NCBI GenBank assembly: GCA_963706575.1
Contig: CAVPNL010000001.1
Span: forward strand, 1 to 64,000
Source of the DNA: an uncultured delta proteobacterium
GTDB lineage: Bacteria; Desulfobacterota; Desulfobacteria; Desulfobacterales; JAHEIW01
DNA: 64,000 nucleotides
Direction: 5' to 3'
Shown: piece after piece, positions 17,944 to 29,022 of the stretch
How positions within the stretch are numbered: the stretch's first letter is position 1
Layout of the letters: each line of letters begins with the position of its first letter
Program-made: the position numbers and the translations under genes
The notes under the pieces: generated by a model
What the model was told of the DNA's origin: nothing
The model's database searches: none
Seen by the model: the letters and a program-made list of their open reading frames with translations, nothing else

Positions 17944-18891
17944 ATGGCCAATCGTGATTACTATGATGTTATTATTATCGGCGGCGGTCCTGCCGGATTG
18001 TCAGCCGCCATTTATGCGTTAAGAGCTTCCTTGCGCACTGTTCTGATTGAAAAGGCTTCTCCAGGGGGCCAAATAACGCTGAGCGATGAAGTTGAAAATT
18101 ACCCCGGCTTTAAAAGCATAAACGGCTATGATCTTTCTGAAAAATTCCTTAGCCATGCGAAATCCTACAATCTTGAAATCCTTTCACAGGAAGCCGGAGT
18201 TTTGGTACCGGGCCTTGATTGGCACACCGTGCAACTCGATGGCGATGAAAAGCTGAAGTCTCATGCCATCATCATGGCCTCCGGGGGGTTGCCCCGCAAG
18301 CTGAATATCCCGGGCGAGGATGAATTCTATGGAAAAGGCGTCTCTTATTGTGCGGTTTGTGATGGGTTCTTTTTTCGAAATAAGACCGTCGTGGTCGTTG
18401 GCGGCGGTGATACAGCGCTAGAGGAAGCCCTGTATCTTTCAAAATTGGCCCAAAAGGTCTATCTGGTTCATCGCCGGGATGCCCTGCGGGCCAGCATGAT
18501 TTTGCAGCAACGCCTGGAGGCCGACAACAAAATTGAAATACTTTGGGACACCATCGTCACCGCCATCAAGTCGCAGGAAGGACAGGTCAGCGCCGTTGAT
18601 TTGCAGGACACCCAGACGGAAGAAACCCGGGTGCTTGCCACTGACGGGATCTTTATCGGTATTGGTTTCGATCCGAACAATCAACTGGTTCCCGCGGGTG
18701 TCAAAGTCAATTCCGATGGGTATGTGTGCACCGACGAGAAATGCGAAACCAGTATTCCCGGACTTTTTGCGATCGGAGATTTAAGAGAGAAATACGGCAG
18801 GCAAATTGTGCTCTCGGCTGCAGACGGCTGCACGGCAGCACTGGCTGCGGCTTATTACGTCGAGGTTAAGCGCGCCGCCGAAAACTTATAA
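17944..18891 (+). CDS. trxB: Thioredoxin-disulfide reductase
   Basis: GGGPAG, CAVC, VVGGGDTA, AIGD; GAGGAG RBS before ATG 17944. Confidence 0.95.
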   Translation: MANRDYYDVIIIGGGPAGLSAAIYALRASLRTVLIEKASPGGQITLSDEVENYPGFKSINGYDLSEKFLSHAKSYNLEILSQEAGVLVPGLDWHTVQLDGDEKLKSHAIIMASGGLPRKLNIPGEDEFYGKGVSYCAVCDGFFFRNKTVVVVGGGDTALEEALYLSKLAQKVYLVHRRDALRASMILQQRLEADNKIEILWDTIVTAIKSQEGQVSAVDLQDTQTEETRVLATDGIFIGIGFDPNNQLVPAGVKVNSDGYVCTDEKCETSIPGLFAIGDLREKYGRQIVLSAADGCTAALAAAYYVEVKRAAENL

Positions 18892-18952
18892 ACAGCAGTT
18901 GTTATATATGCCAATTTGCCGGATTTTTTAAATCAACACGTTTATGCTGCCG

Positions 18953-19423
18953 CTACCTGTCGGAAAAATCAATTTTGCCGTCCGGCAACAGGTATAATAT
19001 CAGTGCTCTTCCATTCGTTACCGTTGGGTGGTGTGACGATCCTACTTCAAATACGCACCAGCCACGTGACGTGCCATCAAACTGGGCTTCCGGGGTGATT
19101 GGTATCACCATGCAGACTTCGCCGGTAGGATGACCATGGAGTGATCCCACTAAATCGGTCAAGTCCACGACGTCAACGCTGAGTCCGCCGGTTTCTTCAC
19201 AGGGTTCAATTACACGGCCCCAACGAGGCCCCCCCTCCTCGCCGTTTGCACACATCCATCCATCGGTGATGGCTTCGTGGCAAGCTTTCTCAATTGCATC
19301 GAACACATCACCCCCGGGCGGGAAGCGGTGGTTTAGTTCCTCGGCAAGTTTAGCGTTAATCGCCATGCTTGAGATCAAATCGGTCACGGGTTTAAGCAAA
19401 ACCTTAAATTCACTGATTTCCAT
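18953..19423 (-). CDS. DUF4863 / 4-hydroxylaminobenzoate lyase (PnbB)-like cupin
   Basis: RWGRVI, SVDVV, HGHPTGE, HHPTV..GRALILYLLPDG. Confidence 0.75.
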   Translation of the reverse strand: MEISEFKVLLKPVTDLISSMAINAKLAEELNHRFPPGGDVFDAIEKACHEAITDGWMCANGEEGGPRWGRVIEPCEETGGLSVDVVDLTDLVGSLHGHPTGEVCMVIPITPEAQFDGTSRGWCVFEVGSSHHPTVTNGRALILYLLPDGKIDFSDR

Positions 19424-19511
19424 GATATCGTCTCCCGGTTAAGTTGTCGTCAGTCATTTCGGTTGTTCAAGTGTCTATATTCTCCATAGCACAGCCAGGT
19501 TCAATTTTGAA

Positions 19512-21032
19512 TCAGCTTTTTTTATAGTATTGCAGAATGGCTTCAACCAGCCCGGGTATGGTGTAGGATTCGGCGGTGATATGGACATCAAACCCCAGTT
19601 CTGTTGCGGTATCGGACGTAATCGGGCCGATGCTGGCGATGGTGACTCCCTGGATCAGTTTTGTAAAGTTTTCGGCCGGCAACAGCGCTTTGAAATTTTT
19701 GACCGTTGACGAACTGGTAAATGTGATTAAATCAATGTGGTTGTCTTTGAGATTCTGTACCAGATCATCCGTGCTTTCTACTGCTTTTAAGGTCTCGTAG
19801 GCCGGGATTTCATCCACCGTGGCGCCCATTTTTTTGAGCTCTTTCGGCAGAATCGGGCGGGCTTCTGCGGCGCGCGGCAGCAGAATTTTCTTGCCTTTCA
19901 ACTTCTCTTTGCCAAAAGCTTCCACTACCGATTCCGCCCGGTAAGTCTCCGGAACAATATCGCTGGTCAAGCCGAATTCAAGCAGGCGCGCAGCGGTGGC
20001 CGGTCCGATGGCGGCTGTCTGCATCCGGCCCAGGGCACGGGCATCTTTGCCGGCAGCAAAGAGCTGCTCGAAGAAATAAATGACGCCATTCACACTGGTA
20101 AAGACGATCCAATCATATGCGGCTAAGCTTTCAACTGCCTGTTTGAGGGGTTCGGGATCTTTGGGCGGCATGATTTTAATGGTCGGATACTCGAGGCACT
20201 CGGCGCCCTGATCTGAAAGCAGCCTGACCAGATCACTGGCCTGCTGCCGTGCCCGGGTCACCACGATGCGTTTGCCCAGCAGGGGCCTGTTTTCAAACCA
20301 TTTCAGTGACTGGCGCAAATTAACGACATCTCCAACCACGATAATGGCAGGCGCCTTCAAACCGGCTGCCTTGGCCTTTTCGACAATTGTCTCCAGGGTT
20401 CCGCTGACCGTTCGTTGTTGGGGAGTCGTGCCCCATCGAATCAGCGCAACGGGTGTATCCGGCGGCTTGCCGTGGTCTATCAGGCTTTTGGTAATATTGG
20501 GCAGGTTTTTGACACCCATGAAAAAAACCAGTGTTCCAATGCCGGTCGCCAGAGAAGACCAGTTAATGCTCGTTTCTTCTTTAGCCGGATCTTCATGGCC
20601 GGTAACAAAGGCAAGCGTGGAGGTCAATTGGCGATGGGTCAGCGGAATACCGGCGTAGGCTGCGGCAGCAATCGCGGAAGTAACGCCGGGTACGATTTCA
20701 AATGAAATACCGGCTTTGAAAAGCACTTCGGCTTCTTCACCGCCGCGGCCAAATATATACGGGTCTCCGCCTTTCAGCCGACAGATGATGCCTCCGGATT
20801 TCGCTTTTTCCACGATCAACGCATTGATCTCATCCTGGGAAAGGGTATGGTCGCCGCCTTTTTTGCCGACATAGATCAGTTCAGCGGATTTGCGGGCGTG
20901 TTTTAACAGGGCAGGGGAGGCCAGGTAATCGTAAATGACCACATCCGCTTTTTGGATACAGGCTCTGCCTTGAACCGTGATGAGGCCGGGGTCTCCCGGA
21001 CCGGCGCCGACCAGATATACTTTAGCTTTCAT
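19512..21032 (-). CDS. cobA: Uroporphyrinogen-III C-methyltransferase / uroporphyrinogen-III synthase fusion (CobA-HemD)
   Basis: VYLVGAGPGDPGL, RLKGGDPYIFGRGGEE; C-terminal HemD (VVTRA, FTSVNGV, AIGPAT). Confidence 0.95.
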   Translation of the reverse strand: MKAKVYLVGAGPGDPGLITVQGRACIQKADVVIYDYLASPALLKHARKSAELIYVGKKGGDHTLSQDEINALIVEKAKSGGIICRLKGGDPYIFGRGGEEAEVLFKAGISFEIVPGVTSAIAAAAYAGIPLTHRQLTSTLAFVTGHEDPAKEETSINWSSLATGIGTLVFFMGVKNLPNITKSLIDHGKPPDTPVALIRWGTTPQQRTVSGTLETIVEKAKAAGLKAPAIIVVGDVVNLRQSLKWFENRPLLGKRIVVTRARQQASDLVRLLSDQGAECLEYPTIKIMPPKDPEPLKQAVESLAAYDWIVFTSVNGVIYFFEQLFAAGKDARALGRMQTAAIGPATAARLLEFGLTSDIVPETYRAESVVEAFGKEKLKGKKILLPRAAEARPILPKELKKMGATVDEIPAYETLKAVESTDDLVQNLKDNHIDLITFTSSSTVKNFKALLPAENFTKLIQGVTIASIGPITSDTATELGFDVHITAESYTIPGLVEAILQYYKKS

Positions 21033-21969
21033 AACCTTCGGGTGCCATTGATTTGAGTTTTTCCAGAATTTTATCCGCTCCCCTGGCAAGCAATTCTTCA
21101 GCCAGATCGATACCGATGGTTTCAGGCGAATCCAGCGGCCCGGTCTTTTCCCCCTTGATTACCCGGGTACCGTCAATCTCTGCGACCAGACCGCTTAAGG
21201 CAAGCTGATTTCCGCTGATTCGACCATGCCCGGCGATGGGTACCTGGCAGCCACCCTCGAGCCGATTAAGAAAGGCGCGTTCTCCGGCAATCACGGCCCG
21301 GGTGGATGCATGATCCAGGGATGCCGCCAGGGGGCCGACAATTGCGTCGTCTTTTCGAGTTTCGATACACAGGGCGCCCTGGCCGATAGCGGGCAACATG
21401 ATAGTGGAGTCCAGATATTCGGTAATTTTATGTTGAAGATTCAGCCGCTTCACGCCCGCAGCCGCCAGCACCAGAGCGTCAAAATTTTCCGATTCGAGCT
21501 TTTTGAGCCGTGTATCCAGGTTCCCGCGGATGGACCGGATAACAATATCCGGCCTTACGTGACGCAGCTGAGCACCACGCCGAAGACTGCTGGTGCCGAT
21601 AACGCTGCCCGCGGCCAGTTCGCTAAATCCAGCTCCGTTGCGTGATATGAACACATCGACCGGGTTTTCCCGTTTGGGGATCGCGCCGATACACAACCCC
21701 TGAGGGATGTCAGCCGGCATATCCTTCATACTGTGTACCGCAATATCGATGCGCCGGGTAAGCAACGCCTGTTCGATTTCTTTAACAAAAAGGCCCTTGC
21801 CGCCCACTTTGGCAAGCGGCACATCCAAAATTTTGTCTCCCTGGGTTTTTATAATGATGAGTTCAATAGGAGTTGACGGGAATTTTTTTTCGAGGACTGA
21901 TTTAACCCAGTTGGCCTGCCATAGTGCCAGTTTGCTGCCCCGGGTTCCGATTTTGATGGGATTGTTCAT
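21022..21969 (-). CDS. hemC: Hydroxymethylbilane synthase
   Basis: IGTRGSKLALWQA, GKGLFVKE, VHSMKD, LEGGCQVP. Confidence 0.97.
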   Translation of the reverse strand: MNNPIKIGTRGSKLALWQANWVKSVLEKKFPSTPIELIIIKTQGDKILDVPLAKVGGKGLFVKEIEQALLTRRIDIAVHSMKDMPADIPQGLCIGAIPKRENPVDVFISRNGAGFSELAAGSVIGTSSLRRGAQLRHVRPDIVIRSIRGNLDTRLKKLESENFDALVLAAAGVKRLNLQHKITEYLDSTIMLPAIGQGALCIETRKDDAIVGPLAASLDHASTRAVIAGERAFLNRLEGGCQVPIAGHGRISGNQLALSGLVAEIDGTRVIKGEKTGPLDSPETIGIDLAEELLARGADKILEKLKSMAPEGYES

Positions 21970-21974
21970 CTTGG

Positions 21975-22205
21975 TTAGTGACTGCAGCCGGCGCAGCTGG
22001 AAGCTGCACATCCGCTACAGGAGGATGCCCCGGCGGAACTGGAGACCGTTTCCCCGCCACTGCCTTTAGAAATAAACCCGCATGCAGACATCAATTTGGA
22101 TACTTTTTTGCTTTTACAGGAAGGGCAGTCCGGTTTCTCGCTGCCAAATACCAGGCATTCAAAATCCTGGTCGCAATTTTTACAGTGGTATTCGTAGATC
22201 GGCAT
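21975..22205 (-). CDS. FmdB-family zinc ribbon protein
   Basis: MPIYEYHCKNC...CPSC, Cys-rich tail. Confidence 0.85.
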   Translation of the reverse strand: MPIYEYHCKNCDQDFECLVFGSEKPDCPSCKSKKVSKLMSACGFISKGSGGETVSSSAGASSCSGCAASSCAGCSH

Positions 22206-22348
22206 AAAAATTCTCCCGGTGCTTTTTAATAAAGAATAGATAATCATCAACGTTCTAAAGGCAACCCGTTCCTGAGCCTTTTTGGAGTGAAATCAGCTAA
22301 AAATATAAAATAGACATGAAATCCAGCAGGGTGTCAACCCTATGAAAT

Positions 22349-23695
22349 TTATGATGCCTTGGCCGGCAATCGCTTTTGAATTTGTGTGATTACCGCCGAT
22401 GCGTCCTGGCCCAGAAACTCGGCTTTCTTAAACTCCTTTAAAGCATCCGTCAGGCGGTTTTCCTTAAGATAAAGCTGTCCCAATCGAAATCGAAAAAGAC
22501 CATTTTCAGGGGAAAGACGAACACTTTCCTGACAGAACAGCAGGGCGATTTCCGGATTTTCTTCACGTTCATCGAACAGGCATCCCATCGCCGATAAGGA
22601 GGCTGCATCACTGGGATTATGTTTGATGGCCTTTTTATACGCCGAGATTGCAGCATCCTCATCGCCAATGGCCGCGTAGCATTCACCCAGATACCGAAAT
22701 GCCGCACCCGATTCCGGCTCCAGCTCCGCGGCATGTTCAAGGAATTTTTTCCCGCTTTCAGGCTGGTCCATTTCCATAAGAAGTCTGCCGGTTTGAAAGG
22801 CGACTTCAAATACATTCCGATCGATGGTGTTGGCCTTCAAAAAAAGATCGAGGGCTTTGTGGCGATCGCCGGCCAACATGATGGTAAAGCCTAGATTGTA
22901 CCATGGCATTACCGCCTTGGCCTTCAGCTTTATGGCTGAATAAAATTCCCTTTTTGCCTTCTCATAGTTTCCCATCAGGCCATAGCAGACGCCCAGACTG
23001 TTATGAACATTGAAGTTTGACGGATTCAATTTCAAGGCCAGCTGAAATTCTGAGATGGAACCTTTGATATCGCCTTTATCGAACAGGCGATCACCGCTGA
23101 TGTTTAAACTGACGGTGTCAAAGATTGCGTTACTGCCGGGCCCAAAAAAGGCCGCATGGTCCAGTGCTTTGAGGGCGTTGGTCAGCATCTCGGCCGGCTG
23201 ATAGCTAAGCGTTGGATATTCGGCAATGCCGGCGCTTACGGCTATACCCGTCTGTTTTATCAGTTTATTTTGAAATTTCTGGACCAACTTGAGACACTGG
23301 GAAGCGTTTTTACCTTCAAAAAAGGCCCCGAACAAACCCGAATTTATCAAGCCCCAGCTGCCTTTGTTCTTTTTGCACAAATTATCAAATAATTTTGCAG
23401 CATTCTGATGCACAGCGGCCGGATCAGTTTTTGCCTGCTCCGGAGTGGAGGCGGTGTCATCATCGATCTGGAAAACCAGACATGCAAAAATGGCGGCCGA
23501 AGACAGCTGCTGCTCGGCGCGATCGATAAATGCATGTCCGGTCAGCAGACCGGGGTAAACGGATTGGATTGCTTTTTGAATGCGGGCCGGTATGTGGATT
23601 CGCTTCTTCCGCAGACCTTCGGCTTCAGCTTTAGAATATAGAAAGTGGCGCGTCGATTCCCGGTTGTGATAGAGTTCTGGTGTTTGGTTTCGCAT
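22349..23695 (-). CDS. TPR-repeat protein with degenerate GGDEF-like N-terminal region
   Basis: VSAGIAEYP...ALKALDHA followed by multiple TPR motifs. Confidence 0.75.
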   Translation of the reverse strand: MRNQTPELYHNRESTRHFLYSKAEAEGLRKKRIHIPARIQKAIQSVYPGLLTGHAFIDRAEQQLSSAAIFACLVFQIDDDTASTPEQAKTDPAAVHQNAAKLFDNLCKKNKGSWGLINSGLFGAFFEGKNASQCLKLVQKFQNKLIKQTGIAVSAGIAEYPTLSYQPAEMLTNALKALDHAAFFGPGSNAIFDTVSLNISGDRLFDKGDIKGSISEFQLALKLNPSNFNVHNSLGVCYGLMGNYEKAKREFYSAIKLKAKAVMPWYNLGFTIMLAGDRHKALDLFLKANTIDRNVFEVAFQTGRLLMEMDQPESGKKFLEHAAELEPESGAAFRYLGECYAAIGDEDAAISAYKKAIKHNPSDAASLSAMGCLFDEREENPEIALLFCQESVRLSPENGLFRFRLGQLYLKENRLTDALKEFKKAEFLGQDASAVITQIQKRLPAKAS

Positions 23696-23697
23696 TT

Positions 23698-25152
23698 TCA
23701 GGCTTTCTTTGTCAGATTTTCAAAAGCAGCTTCGATCATTGTTAATTCATCCTCCTGGATGGTTCGGGGATCCATGACATAAAAATCGTCTTCAATCCTT
23801 GCGATGATCGGCGGATCATTGTACCGCATCATTTTTTCAAGGGTGTTGGGTGATATCCCCTTGATTTGTATGCCGACGCATAAACTGGGAAGTTCCATAA
23901 GGGGAAGTGCGCCTCCGCCGGTTTTGGAAGATCGCTCCAGAAGCCGGATGTGCATCCGGGGGTCACCAATCTTTTTTAATCCCCCCGCCAGGCGCCCGGC
24001 TCGCTTTTGAATCTCTTCCAGGGGCAGCATGATCATGCGCAGGGTGGGGATGATACGAGACGCTTTTTTTTCATCGCGGTATAATCGCAGGGTGCTTTCC
24101 AGAGCGGCCAGGGTAAGTTTATCTATTCGCAGCGCCCGGGTGATCGGATTTTTCTTAATCACATCGATGACCGCTTTTTTACCGACGATAATCCCGGCCT
24201 GCGGGCCGCCAAGCAGTTTGTCGCCGCTAAAGGTAATCACATCGGTTCCGGCGTTCACGGATTCCTGAACGGTGGGTTCTTTCAACAGACCGTATTTTGA
24301 AAAATCGATAAACGTTCCGCTGCCCAAATCCTCCATAACCTTCAGTTGATGTGCGGCGCCCAGATCCACGAGGTCACTCAGGGCAACTTCTGCAGTAAAA
24401 CCGACCACACTGTAGTTGCTGGTATGGACCTTTAGAAGTAACCCGGTATTTGGGCCAATCGCATTTTCATAGTCTTTTAAATGAGTGCGGTTGGTCGTCC
24501 CGATTTCTTTCAAAATGCCGCCGCTTTTGGCCATGACATCCGGTACTCGAAAGGATCCGCCGATTTCGACCAGTTCACCGCGTGAAACAATCACTTCTTT
24601 GCCACTTGCGATGGTTTCCAGGCACAAAAGGACGGCTCCGGCATTGTTGTTGACAGCCAAAGCGGCCTCGGCGCCGCTGATTTCGCAAATCAGATCTTCT
24701 ACACTGCTGTACCGAGAGCCTCTTTTTCCGATTGACAGGTCATATTCCAGATTTGAATATCGGCCGGCAACCGTCAGCAGATTCTCTATGGCCTCGGGCG
24801 CCAGAAGTGAGCGTCCCAGGTTGGTATGCACCACGACTCCGGTTGCATTAATTGTGCGTCTTAGATTCGGTGTCATGGCTTTGTTGACCGCCGCTTTTAC
24901 CGCATCAATCATCCGGGCGTCTGACAGGCTGGATTTATTTATGGAGAGATCACCGTTAATAATTGCCTGGCGTTTGTCGTTGATGACGTTTCGGATTGAA
25001 CCGGCCACCACTGTTTGCGGAATGTGTTTAAAAGAAGCTTCTTTTTTAGCAAGCTCCATAAGGAAATCCACGCCCGGGAGTTGGCGCAAAAGCGCCTGCT
25101 GATCCGGGCTGATTTCTACCGACTTTTTTTTCTGTGATTTTGCTTTTGCCAT
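23698..25152 (-). CDS. selA: L-seryl-tRNA(Sec) selenium transferase
   Basis: INATGVVVHTNLGRS, VSRGELVEIGGSFR, FSGDKLLGGPQAG. Confidence 0.97.
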   Translation of the reverse strand: MAKAKSQKKKSVEISPDQQALLRQLPGVDFLMELAKKEASFKHIPQTVVAGSIRNVINDKRQAIINGDLSINKSSLSDARMIDAVKAAVNKAMTPNLRRTINATGVVVHTNLGRSLLAPEAIENLLTVAGRYSNLEYDLSIGKRGSRYSSVEDLICEISGAEAALAVNNNAGAVLLCLETIASGKEVIVSRGELVEIGGSFRVPDVMAKSGGILKEIGTTNRTHLKDYENAIGPNTGLLLKVHTSNYSVVGFTAEVALSDLVDLGAAHQLKVMEDLGSGTFIDFSKYGLLKEPTVQESVNAGTDVITFSGDKLLGGPQAGIIVGKKAVIDVIKKNPITRALRIDKLTLAALESTLRLYRDEKKASRIIPTLRMIMLPLEEIQKRAGRLAGGLKKIGDPRMHIRLLERSSKTGGGALPLMELPSLCVGIQIKGISPNTLEKMMRYNDPPIIARIEDDFYVMDPRTIQEDELTMIEAAFENLTKKA

Positions 25153-25225
25153 GTTTTTTCAAATTAGGATCGTTAATAAAAAAATAAAACTTTGCTTACT
25201 TTGCGACTCTGCGGTGAGTGCTTTT

Positions 25226-26581
25226 TCAGCCCGTCAAGGCAAACTCCGGTGAAGACTCCAGCGCTTTAAGAGGAATATGGTCGACAAGCGCCGGAAATTC
25301 GGAGATCGATAGCCCAATAGCTTCCAATCTGGTTTCCAGGGTATCGGTGTTGAGGCGCTCCAGCTCCAGCCCGGCATGAAACCTGCTCATCAAAAGATCG
25401 GCCAGATAAACGATATGGACCAATTCGTTATGCTGTTGGGCGTCTTCAGGGTTATGGTGATGCCTGATGGTTTCGACCAGAGACTCCGGAAAAGACCATT
25501 TTAGGGCCAGGCTTGCGCCCACTTCGGTATGATCGGTTCCGAGCACCTGTTTTTCAACCTCTGAGAAATTTTTTCCTTCCTCATTTAATTGCCGATAAAA
25601 TAGCGGAAACCCCGAGTTGACGAATTGATCCAGTACAACCTTGCCGATATCATGCAACAGGCCGGCTGTGTAAGCCATGGAGGGCCCCGCTTTCCCCGTT
25701 AAGGAAGCCAACTTTTCGGCAATCACCGCCGTTCCGACTGCGTGATGGTATATTCCGCCTTTACAGAGAGAATATCCCTTCCCGCACTGGTTAAAGAAGT
25801 TATTCAAGGAGGCGGAGATGACAAATTTCAGCAAAAGATGTTGGCCCAGCATGACCAGTGCATGATCCAAGGACTCAATCTTTTTGCGGCTGGCAAACAT
25901 CACCGAGTTGCACAGCTGCAAAGTTCTGGCGCTGATGACCTGATCTTTTCGAATTTCTTCAGTTAGATCCTTGATTTCATAAAGCTCATCGTTGAAAATA
26001 CGCAATACCTTTAGCGCAATTTGCGGTATTGGTTTTAAGTCCTTTGCAGACTGGCTGATTTCATTTGGTTCCGGTATTTTAACATCGGCACTGGCAGCTA
26101 GCCTGTCAAACCCGGCCGGCTCAATACGGCATTCCCATGTCCGCATATCCAGGGTCAGGCTGCAGGTGAAAAAACCACCGGTTTCCAATTTATCGACCCG
26201 AATACCTTCCGCACGAATGAATTGCATGACCTGTTCGGTAGTTCGCCCGCCGATATCCAACTCGAGGTCGGAATCATCCAGCGGGCCCACCAGCGCTCCA
26301 CCGGCGATACACGCATGGACGTTATCGGTTGATGCTCCAGCATCGATTAAAGCCTGCAGAAAAAGCGGAAAACCGGTGGATGCATATTTTTCCGGTTGAG
26401 AGGTGCTTTCAATGCCAATGGGTTCCGGGAGCAGGAGATGAATGAGGCCGCCAACCCGGGCAACCGGGTCATAAAGGGCCACCCCTACACAGGTTCCCAG
26501 ATATGCCTCCAGGATCATCGGTTTTTGTGTATCAACATAATAGCTTCCGGCAGCTACATGATATCGAGTGACGTCTATCAT
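25226..26581 (-). CDS. CheD-like deamidase fused to HDOD domain
   Basis: LGTCVGV...GGLIHLLLP (CheD); HDOD with AGLLHDIGK, HHNP. Confidence 0.85.
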   Translation of the reverse strand: MIDVTRYHVAAGSYYVDTQKPMILEAYLGTCVGVALYDPVARVGGLIHLLLPEPIGIESTSQPEKYASTGFPLFLQALIDAGASTDNVHACIAGGALVGPLDDSDLELDIGGRTTEQVMQFIRAEGIRVDKLETGGFFTCSLTLDMRTWECRIEPAGFDRLAASADVKIPEPNEISQSAKDLKPIPQIALKVLRIFNDELYEIKDLTEEIRKDQVISARTLQLCNSVMFASRKKIESLDHALVMLGQHLLLKFVISASLNNFFNQCGKGYSLCKGGIYHHAVGTAVIAEKLASLTGKAGPSMAYTAGLLHDIGKVVLDQFVNSGFPLFYRQLNEEGKNFSEVEKQVLGTDHTEVGASLALKWSFPESLVETIRHHHNPEDAQQHNELVHIVYLADLLMSRFHAGLELERLNTDTLETRLEAIGLSISEFPALVDHIPLKALESSPEFALTG

Positions 26582-26769
26582 CAGGTGGGTTTAATACTTA
26601 GTATTTATCTGTAAATATTAAAAACTCATTTTATATCATTATAAAGTCAATTCTTTCAATAGTTTTCTTAAAGATCCTAAGCCGTTGAAGTAAATTTACT
26701 TTATAACCCAATTAATATAAGATATGAGAAAATGTTCAGTGTCAATAATTAGTGGCATTGTAATATAAA

Positions 26770-26886
26770 GGTTTCAGGTGTCAGGCTTCAAGATTCAGAG
26801 GACAGAGGTCAGACGACAGAAGACAGAGGATAAGATATCAAGACTGCCTTCTGTCTTCCGTCATTTGTTTAGTAACACCTGACACC
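26770..26886. repeat. Intergenic palindrome with heptamer tandem arms (CAGGTGT / CAGAGGA)
   Basis: GGTTTCAGGTGTCAGG, (CAGAnnn)x5, TCTGTCT, ACACCTGACACC. Confidence 0.7.
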
Positions 26887-26971
26887 ATATACATATACCG
26901 TTTTGTTCCTAAATTGCCTTAAAAAGACCAATTTTTCCCATAGGGGTTTCCAGGGAAATACAGGAGACTGA

Positions 26972-28030
26972 ATGAAAAACATCCTAGTCACCGGCGGTTG
27001 CGGTTTTATCGGAACTAATTTCGTTTATTATATGCTGTCCAATTCTGATTTTGACGGGCGGATTATTAATATCGATAAGTTGACTTATGCCGGCAATCCG
27101 GAGAACCTGGCCCCTGTCGAGAAAAAATTCCCGGAACGCTATATCTTCGTACAAGCTGATATCTGTGATCCGCAGGCATTGGCGGATGTCTTTGACGCCT
27201 ATCAGGTGGATACGATCTGTCATTTTGCTGCCGAATCGCATGTCGACCGCTCAATCATAGGCCCGGGGGCATTCATAAAAACCAATATTGAAGGGACCTT
27301 CTGTCTGCTGGAAATTGCCCGACGGCAGCAGGATGGGCTGGCGCTGTTTCACCATGTCAGCACGGATGAAGTTTATGGATCGTTGGGTATGGATGGTCAT
27401 TTCACCGAAAAGACACCCTATCGGCCCAATAGCCCGTATTCCGCTTCGAAAGCTGCTTCGGATCATCTGGTAAGAGCCTACCACAAAACCTATGGATTGC
27501 CGGTGACCATTTCCAACTGCTCAAATAATTACGGTCCCTACCAGTTTCCGGAAAAAATGATTCCGCTGATGATTTTAAACGCTCTGGAAGGAAAGCGCCT
27601 GCCGGTTTACGGTCAGGGCCGCAACGTGCGGGACTGGTTATATGTCACCGATCACTGCAAGGCGGTCTGGAAGATTATGAAAGATGGAATGCGTGGCGAA
27701 ACTTACAACATCGGTGGTCAATGTGAAATGAGCAATATCGATCTGGTCAACCGAATCTGCGACACGCTTGATGAGATGGTGGAGCGGCCCGATCTGCCGC
27801 CACGCCGAGAGTTAATTGCGTTTGTCAAAGACCGGCCCGGTCATGATCTTCGGTATGCGATCGACTTCAGCAAGCTGAACGAAGAATTGGGCTGGCTGCC
27901 GGATGAGACTTTTGAAACCGGAATCAGGAAGACCATTGAATGGTATCTGAACAATCCAGCCTGGGTGGATAAGGTCAAAAGCGGCAAATATTACCAGGCC
28001 TGGGTGGAGCAGCATTATGGTGGCGATTAA
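26972..28030 (+). CDS. rfbB: dTDP-glucose 4,6-dehydratase
   Basis: [45 protein letters not shown]. Confidence 0.96.
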   Translation: MKNILVTGGCGFIGTNFVYYMLSNSDFDGRIINIDKLTYAGNPENLAPVEKKFPERYIFVQADICDPQALADVFDAYQVDTICHFAAESHVDRSIIGPGAFIKTNIEGTFCLLEIARRQQDGLALFHHVSTDEVYGSLGMDGHFTEKTPYRPNSPYSASKAASDHLVRAYHKTYGLPVTISNCSNNYGPYQFPEKMIPLMILNALEGKRLPVYGQGRNVRDWLYVTDHCKAVWKIMKDGMRGETYNIGGQCEMSNIDLVNRICDTLDEMVERPDLPPRRELIAFVKDRPGHDLRYAIDFSKLNEELGWLPDETFETGIRKTIEWYLNNPAWVDKVKSGKYYQAWVEQHYGGD

Positions 28031-28091
28031 GCATTGAACCCTTAAAAATGAGCATTACAGGTTTAATACCTAAGGGAGTTTGGGAATATGT

Positions 28092-28152
28092 GTGTTACGA
28101 GTTGAACACTGGGTTTTGCTGAACTCGCAACCCGCAACGCGCAACACGTAAC
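28092..28152. repeat. Heptamer (CGCAACn) tandem/inverted repeat
   Basis: GTTACGAGTT ... AACTCGCAACCCGCAACGCGCAACACGTAAC. Confidence 0.6.
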
Positions 28153-28207
28153 GGTTAACGACCCTGGCACATGTATCTTAAAACTCCATTTGCTTTTTGG
28201 TGTGATT

Positions 28208-28927
28208 ATGAAACAGGGCAAAGACTACATCATCTTTCCGTTAGACGTCGCTACGATTGACGCGGCTAAAAAATATATCGGATTGTTGGCCGAAAGGGTA
28301 GGCCTGTTCAAGGTGGGATTGGAGTTGTTTATTCGCTGCGGCACCGAGGTTATTGATTTCATCCATTCGCAAACTGCTGCCCGGGTGTTTCTGGATTTAA
28401 AACTTCATGACATACCGGCAACAGTGGGTCGGGCCATGTCACGTATCGCCGATCTCGATGTTGCTTTTGCCACGGTTCATGTGGGTGAGACCCGCCGGAT
28501 GCTGGAAGCGGCCGTCGAGGGCAGCGGCGGGAAAGTGGGCATTCTGGGGGTGACGGTTCTAACCAGTGTTTCTGCAAAGGATCTGGAATCAGCCGGTTAT
28601 CGCCCGTATTTTTATGATGATATGCCGCAACTGGTTCTTCAAAGAGCGCGACAGGCTCGTGAAGCCGGTTGTGCCGGGGTGATTTGCTCGGGCCATGAGG
28701 CCGGGCAGATTAAGGAAAGATTCGGCCAAGATTTCCTTGCGGTTACCCCGGGGATTCGCCCGGCCTGGACGGTCAACCCAAAAGAGGATCAACGGCGGAT
28801 TACAACACCCGCGCAGGCCATAAGGGCCGGCGCGGATTATCTGGTGATCGGCAGGCCCATCCGGGATGCGGAGGATCCCCGCCAGGCGGTAGTTCGAATT
28901 GCCGAAGAGATCGAAAGTGCATTTTGA
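28208..28927 (+). CDS. pyrF: Orotidine-5'-phosphate decarboxylase
   Basis: FKVGLELF, FLDLKLHDIPATV, TPGIR, VIGRPI. Confidence 0.96.
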   Translation: MKQGKDYIIFPLDVATIDAAKKYIGLLAERVGLFKVGLELFIRCGTEVIDFIHSQTAARVFLDLKLHDIPATVGRAMSRIADLDVAFATVHVGETRRMLEAAVEGSGGKVGILGVTVLTSVSAKDLESAGYRPYFYDDMPQLVLQRARQAREAGCAGVICSGHEAGQIKERFGQDFLAVTPGIRPAWTVNPKEDQRRITTPAQAIRAGADYLVIGRPIRDAEDPRQAVVRIAEEIESAF

Positions 28928-29022
28928 TCAGAACATAAAAAAATAACGGTAAATCGTAATCCCAAGTATGACCACACCTACCAGCAGAGCAAAAATCATC
29001 TGGTCTCTGCTAAATTTTTTCA

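Noticed and set aside
24485..25102. Long antisense ORFs (here and opposite tuf, hisF, pdxJ, etc.)
   Set aside because: Shadow frames of well-conserved genes on the other strand.
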